Of a stretch of DNA of 64,000 nucleotides, positions 52,171 through 64,000 are shown piece after piece. Below the pieces are notes generated by a model. That model worked only from the letters and a program-made list of their open reading frames with translations, made no database searches and had not been told where the DNA came from. Position 1 is the stretch's first letter; each line of letters begins with the position of its first letter. The translations under genes and the position numbers were made by a program. The DNA comes from Octopus vulgaris (lineage: Eukaryota). The stretch covers positions 73,346,001 to 73,410,000 of the forward strand of contig OX597818.1 in assembly GCA_951406725.2 (NCBI GenBank). The letters run 5' to 3'.

Positions 52171-55100
52171 AATTGGTGCATTCTGTGATAGTTGGTAAGG
52201 ATATAATATACGATAATGTAGTGTAATATATAATATCGTATATAACGTAATATAGTATGTTTCAGTGTACACAATGTAATATTAATATATTTATATGCAC
52301 CGAAATGCATATCCAGGCATTAACTGAGGATTGCAATACTTAGTTCTGGATATGAGGCTGGTGGCATTTTATCATCAATATTCAAATACTATAAATACTA
52401 CTGAGTATGTAATATTAAAATTTATGCTTATTTATAACCGACAGCACAGTCATATGAATTTAAAAACTCCAGGAATGATTCTTTACAATTTTAATGAAAA
52501 GTCTATACAAATAACTCGTGTTCCAAAATTTTCACTTGTCTATTGGAGAAAACCGAAGGCTATGATAATTTACATATTGAATTCCATTAATTTTGGATAT
52601 TTCTCTGATCGTAAACTGTATTCACAACCAAGTACTACACTGCTCTTAGAGACAAAGAACTACTTTGTGGGTGGTAGCGACTTTCAAGAGTAAATGTCTG
52701 TCCACTTTCTTAGAAAATTAACGGGTTTAAAGCAGAAAACATTTAGTTTTGCATAAGAAATGCTCACTGGCTTATTGCAATGGCAGATATTAATGATGCA
52801 TGGCTGGAGGTCATAGATAGAGAAATCTACAGATGTTTAAAATAGTTTATTTTGAAACCGGAATATCGCTTGACTTGTGTAATTTAGGTCCCATACAAAA
52901 GAACTTTGAAATTTGGAGCATCAGTGTGCATAAATTTCAGATGAGGAGGGAAAAGTTCTCACTGTCTATAAGAATTTTCGATTTAGAATAACCATGAGTG
53001 TGGATACCGAATCGGACGCTGATAGAGTGATCCAGCTTAGACGAGCTGAAAATGCACTCAAATACTATTCAATCATGCGTAAAATAAAATTTGCAACAAA
53101 CCTAGCTTGTAAAATATTTTTTTGGAAATCAATAAACATCAGGTTATTTGCTATGTATATAATGATGCAAATAAAAAAACAAACAGAAAGACTCACAAAG
53201 CTGAAGGCTACGCACAATTCGTTTATTTATATGGTCTGAAATAATTTCTTCTTTAAGATATTTCGAAAATTAAATACTATTTTTCAATGTCTCCCCCTCT
53301 CTCTCCCATTCTCTGTCTCTCTCAGTTTCTCTCTCTCCCTCTCTCCCTCTCTTTCATTATCACCCTCTTTTCTTTGAGCATGCATTTATTATTCTGATTT
53401 AATGAAAGATTTGCAAATATATTCATTAATTACTTTTCTGATTTGACTGTCTATGTCTTCAGATCATCACTCCTTTCAGGAAGACCAATTTAGATTGAAA
53501 TCCACTGATTAAATAAGAATATAAATGAAACAGTATTCAACAGCTGATTTTAAAAATTATTATTGCTCTGAAACACCTGAACAAGAAGAATATATTATTT
53601 CTCCGCATTAAACACAAATGCCTGTGCCAATCAAAATCACGTTTCAGAAAATAGGAATCCGAGTCATCACCCATTGTACGTTTGAATCATTCCTCGTGTT
53701 TTCGATAGAGCTGACTCTCGATATTACAACATACAATGTTACGCGTCAGAAATAACCATTGGTATGCAATGAGCTATGTATATGAAGCTCACTCTGCTTA
53801 ATACGTTTGTACATGCAGGAGCTTATCTACAGCATTAAACTAAGAGAAAAATGACTTGAGCGGAAAATAATTTATACGTATACATTTATAACAATGTTTA
53901 TGTTCGGTTAGCTATAGCATTTGTAAAAAATAACAGGTTGCTGTTATCAGACAACTGCACTGGTAAGTTGACTTCTATGTGATATTATAAATGCTTCAAA
54001 CAATGCAACAGCACCATCAGCGGCAGCAGCAGTAACTGCACCAGTGAAAGGAACACTACTACTACTTGAAAATCTATATATAACTAATACAAGGAACAAC
54101 TGAAAAAAATCAGCTGATTTCTTTACTTCATAAAAACTAAGTTTTGTTGATTGTCCGTATCACGTGTTTTTTACACCATTAATATTATCTTGTTTTCTCC
54201 GCATGCGTTGATGAACGGAATTGGCAAGTGTAAAGACTAACTCATCCTTTTTGATCATCAATTATATCAAAACAATATTCTTATGAATTATTGTTTTGAA
54301 ATGCCATCAAAAGATATGAAAGATATGAACTTTAAATACAACAAATGATGAAATCGCATTTTCTTGTTTGTGGACCATGCTTCAGTAATAGAGAGAACAA
54401 CTGAATGCGCACGTGAAAACTACAGATAACTCTATAAGTATAACAGCGCGAATAGAGGTACAGGCGTACCTCAGAAATTCATTGATGCCACGCGTATTTA
54501 AAAATAGCAAAGTCGAATACATATAAAAAAATAATAGTGACACCAACATCAATAATAGAGCACTTTAAGAGAGACCCCTTCTGAAGCTATTCAGCCTACT
54601 ACAATTAGCTGTGGATGTCTTTCATAACCTATTCTGTAGACTTATATACTGAATAAATGAAATTATGTATACTAAGATACACTACAATGTAAAAATCAAA
54701 TATCTGAATTGATGTAAGATAAACTGATTTTGTCCATAGAATAGATTTTGTTTAGAGGCGACTTAAGTCAAAGCACAGCACTAAAATCAGGCAATGAAAT
54801 ATAAGAGGAAATAAAAGAGCTAACTTAGATATCATAGGAATAAAACAGGTAAGATCTGTTAAAAGACGTATCACAGACAATAAGTTTTTATTTCTCGTCT
54901 CATAGCTCAACAAAGACCAAAACATACCATATTTCAACAATCAAATGACAAAGTTTAGGTACTAAAAAAATGTGCTGATACTGACATTACTTTTCCTAAC
55001 TTCTGTCAAAAACTATTACAAATAATCCGCATAGAGTGTTTGAAAAACTCAACGCGTAGAAACATATTTTAAGCTGTAAGGTGCCTCAAGCTTTCGAGGT

Positions 55101-56904
55101 GTAAAAGATGAAAGATTAATTGAATGAACACCACAAATCATTTAACCACGCTGAAAGATAATACACAAACGTGTACCATTTTCGCTGTAGAATTGTATGT
55201 ATTAGATGTACTATTATATTACTGGCTGCATGACATTTATTATATTTGAGCTTCATACAATACTTTTGTAGATGACATGGTTGAGAAATTTTTCTCGAGG
55301 TTGGGGAACATTGTAACATTTGTCATAAATTATCAGAAAGAGAGATAGAGTGAATGATAGAACAGTTCTAAAAAGAAGAGTAAGACAGTTTTTAAGTTTA
55401 CCTGGTTTCCTACTTAAACCTCACTATTTATTTCTTGATCTTGAGTTTTTTTCTATTGGGATCCAGTGTCTCTAGCTTCATAATACTCACATATGTTGAT
55501 GTCACGCAAGACACGGCACCTGCTTACAGTGCCGCTCAAGAAGAGGTTCTTCACTCGGAAAACGACTGATGATATTGCTGTTTGACTTTAGATAAGTAAA
55601 CTTTCAAACACTGATGTATAGCAGATGGATAACCTTGTAACGAGAGATGAGTGCATAAATGCCCAAGAATTTGTACTGATGTAGATGTAATCGTCTTGTA
55701 ATTTCTGGCCTGGCATCCTGCAATGGACCGTTATCCCGTTCAGAAGGAATGTTGCGAGCGTGATAACGTATAAGCGAAGGAAACTGGGAGACCTACGTTA
55801 TGAGTCATAGGGCAGGAGTAAAACAACGTAGATAAAAAGTGTCCATAATATATTGTAGCATCCGGGATTAATGCAATTGAATTATATGTTGCTACTTGGC
55901 GATACACAATGAACTATACTATAGTCTGGTGCATGGAAATAATATGTATCATCTGAAGATACTGAGTTCTTTCTTTGCCAGAACTCCATTCTACTCAGCT
56001 ACAAATAATAACAGCTGGTTCCTAGAGCATCTCTCTCTCTCTCTCTCTCTCTCTCATTGTCTCTCTGTCTCCCCCTCCTCACCCCATGCAGCTATCAGAT
56101 CATGTATGGGCCACTAGGTTTAGTGTCGAATAGCCGAGAGAAGAGTATCTGTTTGCGTTTGCATGAGTTTCCAAAACACTTATCTCGTAAATGCTTAGCA
56201 TATTCCAACTAGACTTTCTCACTGAAGAGTGACGGTTGGCTCTAATGAGCTATTCTACTCTATATACTTGCAGCAGCTAGGTAGGTGGTTAATAGCAATA
56301 ACATAATTGATTCCATATCTCATATAACCTAAACTTATAACCTGACAACTATTTTCAATTAATCTAAACTTATTTTCACAAAATGTGAATTAGTTGTAAA
56401 TGTAATTTACAGAGATTGAATAATTATCTCGTTTGTTAATAGACAATCCTGATTCGGTAATTAATATAAATGAATAATTTAACCTTTTGATCCTTCTATA
56501 TAATGATTTGCTAACAATATTTGTTTTAGTTCCTCTCAGAAGAGTTCATTTCCAATCAATAGACATTGTTAACTCTCCATGGTGGCCTGTTGACATATAT
56601 TCTCATTAGCTTCACAAAACGAAGAAAAATCTTTGCATTTACACAAGCAAATGTATATATTGTTTCATTTAGTTATGAGCGTACATACATATGCTTTTCT
56701 GGGCATGCATGAGTATAGATAAATTAATAGATTGATTGATATAACTGTGTTTGTAAGCATTTGTAAGTTCGCGTATCTCTCTCTCCTAATAATAACAATA
56801 ATAATAATAAATAAAAATAATAATCCTTTCTATTAAAGGAACAAGGCCTGAGATTTTAAGGAAAGGAGGGGGACTATTCGATTACATTGACACCAGTGTC
56901 TCAC

Positions 56905-57465
56905 CGGGATTACTGCCAAGGATTTCTGGAAATTATCCGGCCTGAAATTACTCCTGGCATGACCAGGTAATTGATCCCTTTCAACGACCAGAATTTCCCC
57001 GCGGACATCGTCGCATTTCCCAGCCACAAATCCCATATAGAACTCCAATGTGCAATTTCCACGGACCACATTGCCCGACTGAAAGAGAGATGTAAGCGCT
57101 TGCCAGTACTTCTCGGTCTACTTTAATCCAGAACTGTAGGTAACTCAATGAGAAGAGCTGAGGAAAATCCTATCTGAAAAGCGGTGACTACATGTACTCA
57201 CTGTTATGGAAACGCTAAAGATTTTGCAGCTTCAGCACATGCCTGTGAAGCATTAGCCCAGTATTCCACTCAGTGACTGCTGACAGCAGATAGACCGCCC
57301 GACAAGCGGAACACGTCTCTTCCACAGAAATTGGAAGAACAAGTGCTCCAGCTTGATCAGCCACGGAGCAAGCTAAGAGACGACGGTCAGGCGGTAGTAG
57401 ATGACTGGAATGATGTATGAAGCTGTCGGACCGGCCTCTCCAAGTGTCAAGCTGTAGGTTCACCT
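56905..57465 (-). mobile_element. L1/Tx1-clade LINE ORF2 fragment (post-RT region)
   Basis: Minus frame YIIPVIYYRLTVVS*LAPWLIKLEHLFFQFLWKRRVPLVGRSICCQQSLSGILG resembles the Tx1 FLW...GGLG segment. GC-richer than the flanks. Confidence 0.7.
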
Positions 57466-57944
57466 TTTATCTGGTATATTTTTGTTTCTGTTGCCGCTTC
57501 TACTTCATTAAGGTTGTGGCGATAAGCTCAATTCCGAAGATATATTGGGGGTAAAGCGATAAATTTGTTTCCTTAAAATGCCAAGTAACTTCTGTGCGTC
57601 AACTAATTTCTCTCTCTCTCTCTCTCTCTCTCTGGCTTTCTTATCATACATACATACTGACATGTATTTCGCCTTGCCCAGCATGCTGTCAGTAAGATGA
57701 GTTTGGGGATCTGCGCACGAGCCATGGCATCATTCACGGTAATTCGCTAATTCTACTTGATGTTCAGGATCCGTCTGAAGCTGTGTAGTTACAAGTTACA
57801 CATAGACACTACTCATTTCGGAAAAGCTATCTCAATGCTTCACTGCAATATGTTCCAAAAATTTTGCAAACGTGAAACATATCGAACACAAGGAACATCA
57901 CACAAGATATACTGATTTATTTATTTAATTATCTATTTATTTAT

Positions 57945-58302
57945 TTTTACTTACTTCTCTCTCAGCACTGTGGCCATGCTGAGACTCCGTATTGGTGTTA
58001 ATCGACCATGGTAATCATTATCTTTAAATACTGGTATTTAATCTATCAGTTTTCTTCTCGAACCGCTAGGTTGTGGGGGACATAAACATATCAAGAGTGG
58101 TTTTCAATGGTGGTAAAGACAAACACAAACACGTAGACACGCAGCTATATATGAAACTTTACAACAAGCTCCCACATACTTTCTGCCTGCCAAATTCACT
58201 CGCAAGACTTTGGTCTGCCGGGGTTGTAATGAAAGACACTTCCACAAGGTGCCCTGTAGTGGGACTGAATCTAAAATCTTACCGCAAGAACACGCCCGCA
58301 CC
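57945..58302 (-). mobile_element. SINE family A, decayed
   Basis: CTGTGGCCATGCTG, GAACCGCTAGGTT, CCAAATTCACTCGCAAGACTTTGGTC, GGGACTGAA. Confidence 0.75.
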
Positions 58303-59320
58303 AACAAACTTTTCTTCTAAACATGATATCGAAAAGATATAATGTGGTTAAAGAAATATAACGAGCTCAGAGAAACTAAAAATCAATGAGTTAATCTGAG
58401 GTAAATGATGTACAAACACCATACACACCATAAGGCACAATTAAGCAATATATTTCAGTAGGTTTAAATTTCAGTGTTTCTTGTGTTCTAATTTCAGGAA
58501 GACGATCCTCTACATAAAATATCACTTAGAGGACTCAAACAATAAAGCCTGTTATTATCTTGTTAACAATGTGTTCAACTTAACAATATATATTCTATTT
58601 CTCTCAAAGATACACAAGGCGTAAAAATTAAAAGACAATGGAAATTGAGTCTAAACTATATCACTATGCAATATGCAATTATCTATTCTATACCACGAGA
58701 TAAATTATGGTCTACAGTGAATTATGCTTCGGTTAGTGTACCTGATTAAAGCAATATCTGATACGTAGACGAACATACACAAATACACACATATACATAT
58801 ATGCATACATATACATACATATGTATATTATATACACGCACAAACACAAATACACACACACGCGTGCAAACATGCACATGTGTAAGTTGCACACATACAC
58901 ACGCACGCACACACACACATATGTGCGAGTGTCTGTTGCGTGTATATGGGAATTTAGTTGTAGATTTAAACAACTTGGCAGAAAAAATTAGTAGTTCATA
59001 CTTAATGAAAATTCAGTCTCCGTGAATTCTTTTAGGCATCCCAGAATTATGCCACTTCATTTATGTCCAACAAAACTCTTAGCTGCTTTAGGCTTTTCTG
59101 ATATATATATATATTGTATGTATATTAGAAGGTTTGGAGATGATGTACAGGTATTATATATTAGAAGAAATGAGGTACTCAGAAGTCTGGGTGGTTTTGT
59201 ATTTACAGATATTTATTAATATGTCACATGATTTTATAAATCATATATTTTTATTGGTTGGCAATGGTTCTATCCGTGGCACATAGTTAAAAAAAACCTG
59301 GGTTTGGACTAGACTAATGT

Positions 59321-59364
<44 letters not shown>

Positions 59365-59371
<7 letters not shown>

Positions 59372-59935
59372 CAATTGAGGATAAAATCTTTAAAAGAAAT
59401 TATCAGTAGTCAGCGTGAAAAACCTCGTAAGAGAAAAAATTCGTAAATTGTTCCCCTTTGAAAATATTCATTTATATTATATTGAGGGTACTACTATTCG
59501 TTAATACCAACACGCTAAGAGGGACCAATGCGGTCAAAACTACTAAAATAAACAAAAACAAAATTTAACCGAATGCAAAACTTCAAAACACATCATTTTA
59601 AAAAAGAATTCAGTTACATATCACATGTGATTTCGCATTTTCATGCAGAATATGCATTTCATGTTCGTCAGTGCAACAAACTCAAGAAATATAAGAAAAA
59701 ACATAACATTACAAACTCGATAGCCAACCGTAGAATTCGTCGTAGCATGTACGAATGTTTATCCTTACATATCTATGAAAATGGCGGGCTTTTTCGCAAT
59801 GCATTTCGGTACCAAATTGTCTAGTCGGAATAAAAATTCAGTATTGAACTATTCCGGTGAAAAATATATTTTTAGTAGTTTTGACCGCATTGGTCCCTCT
59901 TAGCGTGTTGGTATTAACGAATAGTAGTACCCTCA

Positions 59936-59945
<10 letters not shown>
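59365..59945 (-). mobile_element. Foldback non-coding element carrying an intact HHR
   Basis: ~78 bp inverted repeats at 59473-59550 and 59866-59945; embedded between long (TA)n tracts. Confidence 0.7.
59613..59677 (-). ncRNA. Type I hammerhead ribozyme
   Basis: Minus strand: GTTGCA-CTGACGA-A-CAT..ATGCA-tattc-TGCAT..ATG-C-GAAA-TCACATGTGA-TA-TGTAAC. Helix I is 6 bp, helix III is the perfect palindrome ATCACATGTGAT, AUA site. Confidence 0.8.
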
Positions 59946-60002
<57 letters not shown>

Positions 60003-60724
60003 CGCGCTCACATGTATAGAAATGCAAGTTAGCTGTTGGTTTATATGTAGTGCTCTATGTGTGAATATGTATGTATATAAGCCGTAATACTAACCTATAT
60101 ATTTTTAACATTTCGGGCATCGATGCAAGCCAAGGAAAAACTAAGCTAAGAGTATTAGATTCCTTGGAAGAAAGCAGCGAATGTATACAAAAACAAGGAC
60201 GGAAAAACGGACAAAGTTACACAAATACAAATACAATAATAACTATAATATAAATAATAACAGGACATAACAACAGGTATCTTTCGACTAAGGGCGAATT
60301 GAATTAAGCTGGCGTGTGTGGAAATGAAGCCTTACGGCAGAGATACGAAGGTTTCACGACCACAGGGAAGAATATCGATGCTGCACGGACAACGGTCAGA
60401 GCGAGAATGAAAAAAACAGGCTACGTTGACCGGAAGTCACGAGGGAAAAGAAGAGAGAGAAGTAGAAGTAGAGGGACAGAAGAATAAAAGATGAGCGAGA
60501 TACATATATAATTCAGTCTGAGCAAGCTTGTTTGTGAAGTCCAGCAATCGCTCATGCCTACTAATCTCCTGTCACCAAGTCAAAGATGTTGTCCAAAGGA
60601 AAGGTAGAAACTGAAACAGCGCCGTTGTTGTTCATTTCTGCTCCTGACTGAACTGAAGCCCTACGTTCCAACTACAGGAACTATAGGAGATCCTATACTC
60701 AAGTCCTTTGAAAAACATTAGCTT

Positions 60725-60837
60725 ATGCACCTTGCGCTGATATATCATTAATTTAATTCAATTTTATTAATTTATTATTTCTCTTCAACTATGAATTTGC
60801 AAGATTTTATATCGGTGTACGAAGCGATCGTCTGCAT
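60725..60837 (+). ncRNA. Hammerhead remnant (core lost)
   Basis: ATGCA...GCGCTGATATA/TATATCGGTGT helix II, GAAGC-GATC-GTC-TGCAT; the CUGANGA box is deleted. Confidence 0.4.
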
Positions 60838-61002
60838 TAATTAAATTTTTCTTATATATTATAACATCTTGTCTTCTCCATTTTTAACAAAACCGTTGAG
60901 TTTTGTGGGATTCCTTTCCATAAATTCACAACACACTATATACAAGTATATATATATATATATCTGTAACATAATATGTGACAATTATTCAATAACCAAA
61001 TT

Positions 61003-61057
61003 AAAACTCTGAGTTTCGGATGCCGGAGTGGAAATCCACAACACCATCTCTTCAGTT
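61003..61057 (-). ncRNA. Hammerhead motif with intact core but weak helix I
   Basis: Minus strand: AA-CTGAAGA-GATG..GTGG-attt-CCAC..CATC-C-GAAAC-TCAGA-GTT-TT. Lies in a ~180 bp element (60965-61140) between TA tracts. Confidence 0.5.
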
Positions 61058-61442
61058 GTCTTACAGATAAATTTCCTTTATTTACGTAATATTGAGGTCT
61101 CTTTCTTTCTTTTGTTATCTTACTATTTTTACCAATATATATATATAATCAAAACAAGTATATGTGTATTTTTTTTAATATCTAGCAGAAATAACAAAGT
61201 GACTCGTGGTCCGAGATTTTCTTTTTGCATTTGCATATGTTAGCCGAATGTATCGACTCCAGTAATTATTTTTTTAAAGCTTGTTATTTGTATCCTCCTC
61301 GAATACTCAAGTGCTAGGTTACAGGAACGTAAACACACCAGATCCAGTTGTCAACCGATCGAGAGGGCGGTGTAAAAAAAGACACCCACAATGACACGCA
61401 CATCGATACATATATATGTGTGTTTATATATATACATGCATA

Positions 61443-61612
61443 CAGGGTTATTCAAAGAGAATGAAACGATTTCATGAGGCAATATCTTAATAAGGAAAAG
61501 CAAAAGACAACTCCAGTCAGTAAATAATTGTGACTTAGCTCGAGTTTTCTATAGCTTTTCCTTATTAAAATATTTCGCAATGAAATCGGTTCATTCGTTT
61601 TGAATAGCCCTG
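61443..61612. mobile_element. 170 bp Tc1/mariner-derived MITE
   Basis: TA-CAGGGTTATTCAAAGAGAATGAAACGATTTCAT ... ATGAAATCGGTTCATTCGTTTTGAATAGCCCTG-TA. Confidence 0.9.
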
Positions 61613-61618
61613 TACACA

Positions 61619-61649
<31 letters not shown>

Positions 61650-61671
61650 GCATATATGTATATATATTCAC

Positions 61672-61830
61672 CATGATAGATCGCTAGCCACTACACATTC
61701 TTTGTTTCTTTCTGTGTTAGAGAGTATGCTCGAAACGTTAAAGACTTTTTCACTTCCGGAGCGTTATACAAATACATCTGTTAGTTGTGTACACCATCTG
61801 TCATCGACTTTTGATTTTTATGAATTCTCC
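61672..61830 (+). mobile_element. Short element with a degenerate minimal HHR (61708-61743), same family as 17620
   Basis: GATCGCTA, CTTT-CTGTGTT-A-GAG..CTC-GAAAC-GTT-AAAG and AATACATCTG are shared with 17620-17803. Confidence 0.55.
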
Positions 61831-61998
61831 CTTCTTTCAGTTTCCGTAGACCAAATTCACTTACAAGATAGTAATCGACCTGAGATTATAGTATAAAACA
61901 GCTGCCCAAGTTAGCACGCAGTGTGACTGGACTCGGAGCCATGACGTAGAGAAGCAAGCTTTTTAATAGAGCCACCGTATACATACATACATACATAC

Positions 61999-62030
<32 letters not shown>

Positions 62031-62519
62031 CTGTCTGTCTGTCTATGTATGTATACATGTGTGTAGGCATCTATACGCGTGTGTGTATATATTTGCAAAT
62101 AAATTTAAGAAATATACGCTTCAAGAAGGAAATGATTAAGAAACCGAAATAAATTGAATATTTAACAGTAATCATTATTAAAATTATAAAACAGACTAGA
62201 ATAATATTATAAAGATCAGAGTATATTTATTATAGGTTAGAATACAAAAATTAGAAATAAATAACTTTTATATAAAAAATGGAAATGGGTATACAAATAC
62301 ACAGACACACTCACACACACATACAAACAAACACACATATACATATTCATATATATATATGTATATATATATGTATATATATAAATTTGCATACATATGT
62401 GTGTGATACTAGACAGACAAGGAAGAATGGAATATATATAAATTAAAAAGAAATGTAAAAATGCAAATGTAAAATATTTAAATACGTAAAAAAAAATATT
62501 TCAGTCTTACACTAAGTTG

Positions 62520-62565
<46 letters not shown>

Positions 62566-62603
62566 GAATGGAGTTGAACGACGATTTAACAAAATTCCTT
62601 TAT

Positions 62604-62684
62604 TCTCGACATATGTATCGAAGACTGCATATTTCTAATTTCGAAGGAATAAGGGGTGCATTATGCCGCCTTCTCATCAGGAAA
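62604..62684 (-). ncRNA. Hammerhead ribozyme with GAAA->GATA substitution
   Basis: Minus strand: TTTC-CTGATGA-GAAGGC.GCATA...TATGC.GTCTTC-GATAC-ATAT-GTC-GAGA; palindromic ACATATGT helix III. Confidence 0.6.
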
Positions 62685-62815
62685 GACAAGGAACTTAAGT
62701 CAGCATCATGTCAGCATCATGATGAACAAAAACTTTCTTTATTTCTCTCTCTCCTCTCTCTCATTCTCTCTCTCTCTCTCTCCTCTCTCACTCTCTTTGT
62801 ATATATGTATATATG

Positions 62816-62864
<49 letters not shown>

Positions 62865-62981
62865 TTTATATAATTAGGGTTCAGCAAAAAATGTGCCTTG
62901 CCACATACCGAACTTTTGTGTGTATCTGCATGCATCTCTCTCTATCTTTCTCTTCTTGTGTGTGTGTGTGTGTGTGTGTGC

Positions 62982-63013
<32 letters not shown>

Positions 63014-63111
63014 CCTTGTTTGTGCATGTGTGTATATAGTATACACTGACACGCAATTATATATACTGTGAAGGTTTTGTTTGTGCAGACGGGGTTATCA
63101 GTTATGGTGTG

Positions 63112-63152
<41 letters not shown>

Positions 63153-63479
63153 GCATATATACATATATAAGTGTGTGTGTGTATCAATTTTCCAGAGGAG
63201 CGTATATGTGATTGATCAGAGTCACGTACATATATATACCTTCTTTAAATGACACACTATAATGATGTTAGAACCGACGATATCTATGTTTAAATAACAT
63301 CTAAGGAAGCGGAGTTTACTTTTCTAACTGACCCCTAACATAATATTAGCTCTCATCCTTGGAGGCATTCTGTCTTTCCTTTTGTTCTTGGGGTCCTCAC
63401 GAAGTATTTACGTGCTAAGAAATACCTAAAACATTTCCATATATCCACTGTTCAACTTTGTGTAGCCCTGTAACTACAT

Positions 63480-63675
63480 TCTTTTCTACTCAAGGCGCAA
63501 CGCCCTAAAGTTTGGGAGAGTGGCAAAGTCGATTAGATTGGCCCCCAGTACGCAACTGATTCTTAACTTATCGACAATGAAAAGATGAAAGGCAAAGTTG
63601 ACCTCAGTCGAATTTGAAATCAGATCGTAAAGACAGACGAAATACTCCTAAGCGTTTCTGCTACCTCGCCGCCTT
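63480..63675 (-). mobile_element. SINE family B
   Basis: GAAAAGATGAAAGGCAAAGTTGACCTC...GAATTTGAA...GACAGACGAAATAC...CGTTTCTGCTACCTCGCCGCC. Confidence 0.8.
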
Positions 63676-64000
63676 CTCTGTAGCTATATTGTTGAAGGGA
63701 CCCTGAGCATTCACACGTTACTCGCACAAAACAAAACGTTCCAGAAAGAGGAAATATTTTGCCTTATTCACGCATGTCCTTCATTCCGTTACATATGCCA
63801 ATATATAAATAGAGCCACATATGCCAGGGACGTCAAATACACTTCTCATTCTTTATATTAATGACATTTCGCTCTTAGGCATAGCTATACATAATACCTA
63901 CGTTAGTTGCACCACAGGCAGGATGAGAACCTTACACGGGCGCTATACTGTGAATACCAAAAATACATACACTTCAATAAGGATAAGAAAAAAAATAGGT

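Larger units (their letters stand above)
61240..61976 (-). mobile_element. SINE family A split by two nested insertions
   Basis: 3' half at 61240-61400 (GCTAGGTTACAGGAACGTAAACACACC...GTTGTCAA) and head at 61831-61976 (CTTCTTTCAGTTTCCGTAGACCAAATTCAC...GCAAGCTT). Confidence 0.75.

Noticed and set aside
52940-53239. Open frame DEEGKVLTVYKNFRFRITMSVDTESDADRV... after a TTTCAG
   Set aside because: No recognisable domain and no convincing donor site.
60270-60350. Minus-strand CTGCCGT-AAGGCT...AGTC-GAAA
   Set aside because: Core doubly mutated and no helix III; too weak to call.
1351-63156. Dozens of ORFs rich in YI, HT, CV, poly-I, poly-N or poly-L
   Set aside because: These are translations of (TA)n, (CA)n, (TACA)n and (ATT)n microsatellites, not genes.
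1-64000. CRISPR arrays, rRNA, conserved bilaterian miRNAs
   Set aside because: No repeat-spacer arrays or rRNA motifs, and no mature miRNA sequence that I recognise; the by-eye scan is not exhaustive.

Overview
AT-rich, microsatellite-laden animal genomic DNA with no recognisable host protein-coding gene. It is most likely octopus intergenic or intronic sequence, inferred from the tRNA-derived SINE families and the (TA)n/(CA)n density. Nearly all listed ORFs are microsatellite artefacts or transposon debris. Identified elements: a near-intact 1.29 kb DD34D mariner inserted into the anticodon loop of a tRNA-SINE; older mariner, Tc1 and DD37D-like relics; an RTE LINE ending in three C2H2-like fingers; CR1 and L1/Tx1 fragments; two non-autonomous Helitron-like elements; MITEs and foldbacks; and many SINE copies from at least three families. 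The most striking signal is non-coding. About 15 type I hammerhead-ribozyme (HHR) motifs (CUGANGA...GAAA...UH with a palindromic helix III) lie in several unrelated short elements, mostly next to (TA)n tracts. These include an R-U-R retrozyme-like unit with two HHRs 561 nt apart (7725-8633), a foldback element with an intact HHR (59365-59945), and a tRNA-headed, (AAT)n-linked HHR element (23490-23900). Together they point to a diverse population of Penelope-dependent or retrozyme-type self-cleaving RNAs. All structures were folded by eye and no database search was run.
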